Below, piece by piece: positions 59,314 to 64,000 of a stretch of DNA of 64,000 bases (the stretch's first letter is position 1; every line of letters begins with the position of its first letter). Both the position numbers and the translations under genes were made by a program. The notes beneath the pieces are model-generated. The model was not told where the DNA came from, did not search any database, and was given only the letters and a program-made list of their open reading frames with translations. The DNA is from an uncultured virus (IMG/VR IMGVR_UViG_3300047510_001006) (Duplodnaviria; Heunggongvirae; Uroviricota; Caudoviricetes), in the IMG/VR virus record IMGVR_UViG_3300047510_001006, one strand, 5' to 3'.

Positions 59314-61167
59314 TTAAAAAAGTGTTAGTTGTTGTGGTTCAATTTCATCAATAATCTTTTTGCATTCGATACCGAAGAAATGATAATCTATTTGGTAATC
59401 TTCCCAGTTTTCTTTCTCCTCGAAGTAGTTACACTCTCGTGCAAATCCTCCTGCCAAAAGGCTATTGAGTCGTCCGTCAACATTTTGTTTGAACACGGAA
59501 TCACCCGTTGTAGTTGGAAGAAAGCGCATAACTTTGCCAAGATTCTTGATAACCTTTTTACCTTCCTCAACCGTGTGGACTTCTGCATGCCAACCCCTAG
59601 TCGCCTTATATCTTCCGAAAAAATCATAAATGTTACGTGCATCAAAGATAGTATTTTTTATTGGAATTTTAGATACGAAATACTTCTCTAACGCCTTTGG
59701 TACAATCAGGTAAGAGTTGTCTTTATGCCAGTCTTTTTCTGTTTCAAAGATGCCTTTTTTCTTGACCTTGCCTTCAACTGACTCGGCTAAATAGTTATTA
59801 ACATCTCGTATGACCATTTGTTTATACTTGCTGTCTTCAAGAATCAACCCCGTGAGTTTCATGAATCGCTGATTTATCTCCTCGATTCTTGCGATGCTGT
59901 TCTTGTGTACTCTTACTGTGAGACCATCTGTATTGATCTGTAACAGTTGAACATTCTTTACGTTTGTCATGTATGCCTCAGCCAGCATTGTAAGTAAGAG
60001 TTGTCCGTTAACTGTAATCCGATAGAAATAATACCTATCAAAGAAAGCACTTGTTGATTCTCCTGTCTTTCCAAAGATTCCATTCAGTGCAAGTTTTAAT
60101 CCTGCTTGAACAACATCATCTCCTGCCTTCTGTGCCTCCACTCGGTCATCGAATATTCTTTTGTAAGTATTGATGAATACTTCTTGAGGTATGTGCTTGG
60201 GGTGAAAGTTATTTGTGATGGCGATGTTTGGGTAATAAGACTTTACGTCAAAGTCAATAATCTCATGCTCGTCATCGGCTTCGTATTTGCCCGCAGGAAT
60301 ACATCCGTGAATGCCGCCTACTCCGTAGTGAAAGTGAAAGCCCTTGAATATTACGGTGTGTTTGAACTTTGTATCCTCGGTTACTACGGTTCTCTTAATT
60401 GAATCCAATAGGTATTTGAATTCTTTATTCTGAAACTTGATGTAAGGAATAACACAATCTTCTAAGTAAACAGCCTTGTCATAGCGAACTTTTTCTTTCA
60501 AGTCTTTCTTATCTAATCCACTGGCTGCCTTGATGTATCGTAGGAAGATTTCTTCTCCTATTGAAACATCGGGTCTGTTCAAGAAGTTAGCTTTGTACAT
60601 CTTTGAGAATGCACGACGAAACTCTATCTTCTCACTACAAAGGAAGTAGAACTTACGAGTAGAAAGAACATCGTTTAAGTTGTAAGACAAAACAGATTCA
60701 ACTTGGTCTTCGGTAATCTCCTGCTCGTGGCTGATGGGCATCTCTTGCACATTGTACCAACCCATAGCAACCTGTAAGGACTTGAGCGAGGTACGTCTAG
60801 CCTTGTTGTTGTAGTGATTAATTAAGTAGAGGTCGAGTTGATTCTTCATCTTAGTCCGTGGCTTTTCGTTATCTTCCTTTGTGATAAACTGTTGCACGAA
60901 TATGTAAATCGAATATGCTACATTGTGACCCGGCATGTCCTTGTATCTGTCGAGGTTGTCAACGATGTGGTCCAACACAACAGCATCAAATCCTACGTTA
61001 TTAAAGCCAACCATTGTCATTGGCTGATCGAGATACTCAACCAACTTTTCTGCATCGTTATTCCAAGGCGAGATTGTGAATACGACTGGGGTCTCAGAAT
61101 CCTCTTCTATATCCGTATAGGAGAAGAAGTTCCTCATTGTTTCAATATCATAGATTACTGTTCTCAT
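59314..61167 (-). CDS. Family B DNA polymerase with 3'-5' exonuclease
   Basis: YDIET, GFNN..FD and YN.ND (exo); DVKSYYP, KLALNG.FGK and NTDG (pol). Confidence 0.85.
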   Translation of the reverse strand: MRTVIYDIETMRNFFSYTDIEEDSETPVVFTISPWNNDAEKLVEYLDQPMTMVGFNNVGFDAVVLDHIVDNLDRYKDMPGHNVAYSIYIFVQQFITKEDNEKPRTKMKNQLDLYLINHYNNKARRTSLKSLQVAMGWYNVQEMPISHEQEITEDQVESVLSYNLNDVLSTRKFYFLCSEKIEFRRAFSKMYKANFLNRPDVSIGEEIFLRYIKAASGLDKKDLKEKVRYDKAVYLEDCVIPYIKFQNKEFKYLLDSIKRTVVTEDTKFKHTVIFKGFHFHYGVGGIHGCIPAGKYEADDEHEIIDFDVKSYYPNIAITNNFHPKHIPQEVFINTYKRIFDDRVEAQKAGDDVVQAGLKLALNGIFGKTGESTSAFFDRYYFYRITVNGQLLLTMLAEAYMTNVKNVQLLQINTDGLTVRVHKNSIARIEEINQRFMKLTGLILEDSKYKQMVIRDVNNYLAESVEGKVKKKGIFETEKDWHKDNSYLIVPKALEKYFVSKIPIKNTIFDARNIYDFFGRYKATRGWHAEVHTVEEGKKVIKNLGKVMRFLPTTTGDSVFKQNVDGRLNSLLAGGFARECNYFEEKENWEDYQIDYHFFGIECKKIIDEIEPQQLTLF

Positions 61168-62857
61168 CGAATGTTAAATAGCTTTGTGAATAAAGGATAT
61201 CAAGTAGTCGTTCAAATCTACCATCTTCCGAATAGCGTCCTGTTAATTTATCAAAATTGTATTCTACTGAACCAAGTTGTCCTCTGAAGTGATACTTCAT
61301 CTTCTGTACGTGTAACGATACAGTGTGGTCTTGTGCTTGGTCTGTGTAATCTCTATGTATTGCAATACCCACATCAGGAGCATTGAAGAAGTGAGAACTC
61401 TGTGCAATATCATACAGCCTCGGTACAGCATACTGACCATTGCTCTTCTCCATCTTGCGAGGGTGAGCAGCCAATGTGATATTGATGTTGTATTTCAACG
61501 CTGTCTTTTTCATCTTACGAAGCATCTCACCGATTCTTTCGTGGGCACTCTCTTCTTTGCTTTGAGTGTCGATGTAGTTGAACGGGTCAATACACAAACA
61601 ATCAATTCCGTATCGTTTAATCATCGTAACGGTCAAGTCTAATATGTGATTGAGGCTAAACTCTTCCATCTCTTCTACGTTAAAGAAGAAGAAGTGCTTG
61701 TCCAACTTAGCCATGATAACCTTAATCTCTTCGGGTGTTATAGTTGACAACGCTTTACCTGAGATTTGTTCAGCCATACGAGAAAGTTTGAGAGGTGCTA
61801 CGTTCTCAGGTGAGAAGATTGCAAACTTCCAATCAGATATAATCGCAAGACGTGCGTACATGTAGTCCAACCAAGTACTCTTACCTGAACCTGGCACGCC
61901 CGTAAGTACTACGAGTTCACCCTTGTTCCAAGTCAAGTGCTTGTCTGTCTGAGTCATAGCGACAGTTTCACCTCTTGGGTAGCCACTTTTTGAGAAGTCA
62001 ACAACTTGCTGAATATAATCAGACGAGCGTGCTATCTCCTTAATTGGGATGGGTTGGGCCTCAGAATATAACTTCTTAATGGCTTCTACTCCGTGTGCCT
62101 TGAGTACATCATTAGCATCCTTAGCATCTTCAGGGAACTGAATTATAAAAACATTTGATTGATCAAATCGTCTCGCAAGGTCTTCCTTGAGTTTTTGTCC
62201 CGGAGTATCATTGTCAGCCGCAATAATAATCTTTTTGTTTTCAAAATGAGAATACGTATCATCTAACCATTGTAAATTGTTAACTCCTTTGCTTGCTCCG
62301 TTGGGACAAGAGACAGCGAAGGGATATCCTGCTTGATACCAAACCATTGCTTCTTCTTCTCCTTCACAGATAATAATCTCACTGCTGTCTTTGATTCCAT
62401 TTAGATTGTAGGGGATTTTCTTTGCTCCACTAACCATCTTGAACTTCTTGTCTGACGTTTTGAATTTTATATTTACCAATTCGTCTCCGTCATAGTAATT
62501 AAAGCAAATGACCTTGTGTTTCTGCTCATCTTGTGGCATCCACTCAACTGACATCGAGACACCAAAGGCATCTACAGTTTCCTGCGAAATGCCTCTGGAC
62601 TCGAAGTATTTAGTCACTCTGCTATCGGGTGCATCTTTCTTGGGTTCGGGCTTGGTGTATTGCTTTACATTAGCTACAGAACCTTTCTTTTGGCAATGGT
62701 GACACTTGAATAGTCCCTCATCTATGTTTACAGAGAGTGATGGGTCTGAGGCCTTCTTTCTTGTGTGGGCACACCAAGGACACTGTGTCTTGATGATTCC
62801 ACTGAAGTGTCCTTTAGTATCAATGCCGGCTTTTGTTAATTCAGATTGGTAACTCAT
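61148..62857 (-). CDS. T7 gp4/Twinkle-like primase-helicase
   Basis: Zn finger CPWC..CHHC; TOPRIM EGE, DND and KDAND; Walker A GVPGSGKS; IDPFN and AHPRK. Confidence 0.9.
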   Translation of the reverse strand: MSYQSELTKAGIDTKGHFSGIIKTQCPWCAHTRKKASDPSLSVNIDEGLFKCHHCQKKGSVANVKQYTKPEPKKDAPDSRVTKYFESRGISQETVDAFGVSMSVEWMPQDEQKHKVICFNYYDGDELVNIKFKTSDKKFKMVSGAKKIPYNLNGIKDSSEIIICEGEEEAMVWYQAGYPFAVSCPNGASKGVNNLQWLDDTYSHFENKKIIIAADNDTPGQKLKEDLARRFDQSNVFIIQFPEDAKDANDVLKAHGVEAIKKLYSEAQPIPIKEIARSSDYIQQVVDFSKSGYPRGETVAMTQTDKHLTWNKGELVVLTGVPGSGKSTWLDYMYARLAIISDWKFAIFSPENVAPLKLSRMAEQISGKALSTITPEEIKVIMAKLDKHFFFFNVEEMEEFSLNHILDLTVTMIKRYGIDCLCIDPFNYIDTQSKEESAHERIGEMLRKMKKTALKYNINITLAAHPRKMEKSNGQYAVPRLYDIAQSSHFFNAPDVGIAIHRDYTDQAQDHTVSLHVQKMKYHFRGQLGSVEYNFDKLTGRYSEDGRFERLLDILYSQSYLTFDENSNL

Positions 62858-62860
62858 AAT

Positions 62861-63205
62861 TTATATTATGAATTCGCGTTGTCCTCTTACGGGAAACTTC
62901 CAAGTTTTGATTGCTGCTTTCCAGCTTTTCATTTTGTTCTTCCCAATCATCCATCCTTTTGATTCATAGAAGTTCCAAAACTTCTCTGCTTCTTGTTGGT
63001 AGTTTAGTACGTTTAATGAGTTGAGATACAGCGCAATCTCTTCCATTGTTGGTGGCTGAAATCTTTTGGTTAAGGTCTCAGATTCCTCTATCTTTTCAGA
63101 CAAAGAATAAAACAGGTCATCCAAGTGAGACCACTCTCCTTTTGTTTCTTTCTCAATCAATCCCTTCAGGATTAATTTAATAATTTGATAGTCTTCGTTT
63201 TTCAT
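62861..63205 (-). CDS. Replication-associated protein (F.PPT..E...FYESKGW.IG...MK.WKAA domain)
   Basis: Motif recognised from phage replication-region proteins; directly upstream of primase-helicase. Confidence 0.55.
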   Translation of the reverse strand: MKNEDYQIIKLILKGLIEKETKGEWSHLDDLFYSLSEKIEESETLTKRFQPPTMEEIALYLNSLNVLNYQQEAEKFWNFYESKGWMIGKNKMKSWKAAIKTWKFPVRGQREFII

Positions 63206-63222
63206 TTTAATTAGTTTTTGGT

Positions 63223-63450
63223 TTAATCGAAACTCACTCCGTTGTTGGTCATAATCTGTCCAAAGTCATCTCTTAGTTTATACAGAGCTTCTACTACCTT
63301 CTCGTCATCTTCATCGGATGCATACTTAGTACGTCTTCTAAGTTCTTGGTCCATGTCCCAACATACTGAATACCATTTAAATGCGTTAACAGCCAGTTCA
63401 AAGTCTGATCTTTCTTCGTTTAAGTCAAATATTAGTTGTCCTTGTGCCAT
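63223..63450 (-). CDS. Hypothetical phage protein
   Basis: 75-aa ORF. Confidence 0.6.
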   Translation of the reverse strand: MAQGQLIFDLNEERSDFELAVNAFKWYSVCWDMDQELRRRTKYASDEDDEKVVEALYKLRDDFGQIMTNNGVSFD

Positions 63451-63785
63451 AATTTGTATGTGCTATTACGGGTTTTAAACTTAATGTAATTATCTTCTTG
63501 TTCGAGTATCTCTGTGATATCTGTAGTCATCCAAGTAAAAAAATCATTGAAGGGCGACATTAGCAAAGAACGCCCAACCTCAGGCTCGCTGTGTCTGTCC
63601 TTGCTCCGACCGTCTTCATTCCATTCCAGCCACATGATGTCTTTTGACTTTTTGGTGAGTCCGTCATGTTCACGGACTAACTTCCATTTAAATTCGTTTT
63701 CAATCACTCCTTGCTCGATAGCAATCTTCAAGACATTGTCTTCCGTCAATGTCATTGGTATTTTAGTTTGTTTTATCTTGCTCAT
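63432..63785 (-). CDS. Hypothetical phage protein
   Basis: 117-aa ORF; TWMTT.ITEI and F.T.NS.Y.L motifs. Confidence 0.6.
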   Translation of the reverse strand: MSKIKQTKIPMTLTEDNVLKIAIEQGVIENEFKWKLVREHDGLTKKSKDIMWLEWNEDGRSKDRHSEPEVGRSLLMSPFNDFFTWMTTDITEILEQEDNYIKFKTRNSTYKLWHKDN

Positions 63786-64000
63786 TGTTTAAAAGTTATC
63801 ATTAAGGTAATCAGCAAATCTCTTCGCCCATATTTCTTTTTCAAAACTGCACACCAATTCTTGTTCAAAATAAACCCGCCAAACAAATGCTCCGTTTACG
63901 GTGGCTTTCACGATTCTTGCTTTCATGCTTTAGGTTAATAGGTCTTTAAACTTTTTTCTTTTGTCAACAACGGATGTTCTGTGTTTCTCCTTGTCAAGTT

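Noticed and set aside
57444..62857. Inteins or introns in RNR, polymerase or helicase
   Set aside because: Compact lengths and contiguous motifs; no intein splice motifs seen
1..64000. Stop-codon reassignment as in some crAss-like phages
   Set aside because: Long genes are intact under the standard code with dense packing; TAA, TGA and TAG (terL) all act as stops

Overview
A 64 kb stretch of a lytic-type dsDNA phage genome of a Bacteroidota host. The host call rests on many TAnnTTTG -7 promoter elements. The virion module is crAss-like/podoviral in gene order. From left to right: (i) 1-7.0 kb, minus-strand small early genes, including an amidoligase and class II glutamine amidotransferase pair; (ii) 7.0-8.4 kb, non-coding DNA holding a ~600-nt densely base-paired element and an AT-rich repeat/G-run tract; (iii) 8.4-11.7 kb, minus-strand recombination genes (YqaJ exonuclease, SSB-like); (iv) 12.5-12.8 kb, a second promoter-driven structured non-coding element; (v) 12.9-52.9 kb, plus-strand portal, scaffold, major capsid, ring/tail, muzzle, ejection/cargo proteins (one of 3056 aa), endolysin, tail fibres, a GIY-YIG endonuclease, membrane proteins and small basic proteins; (vi) 52.9-64 kb, minus-strand terminase, metallophosphoesterase, class II RNR, family B DNA polymerase and primase-helicase. 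The most notable unexplained signals are two candidate large structured ncRNAs, a strongly over-represented dispersed 9-mer (GGYCTCAGA), apparently leaderless host-type promoters on many genes, and two apparently catalytically dead lysin homologues. All product calls come from motif recognition by eye; no database searches were run.
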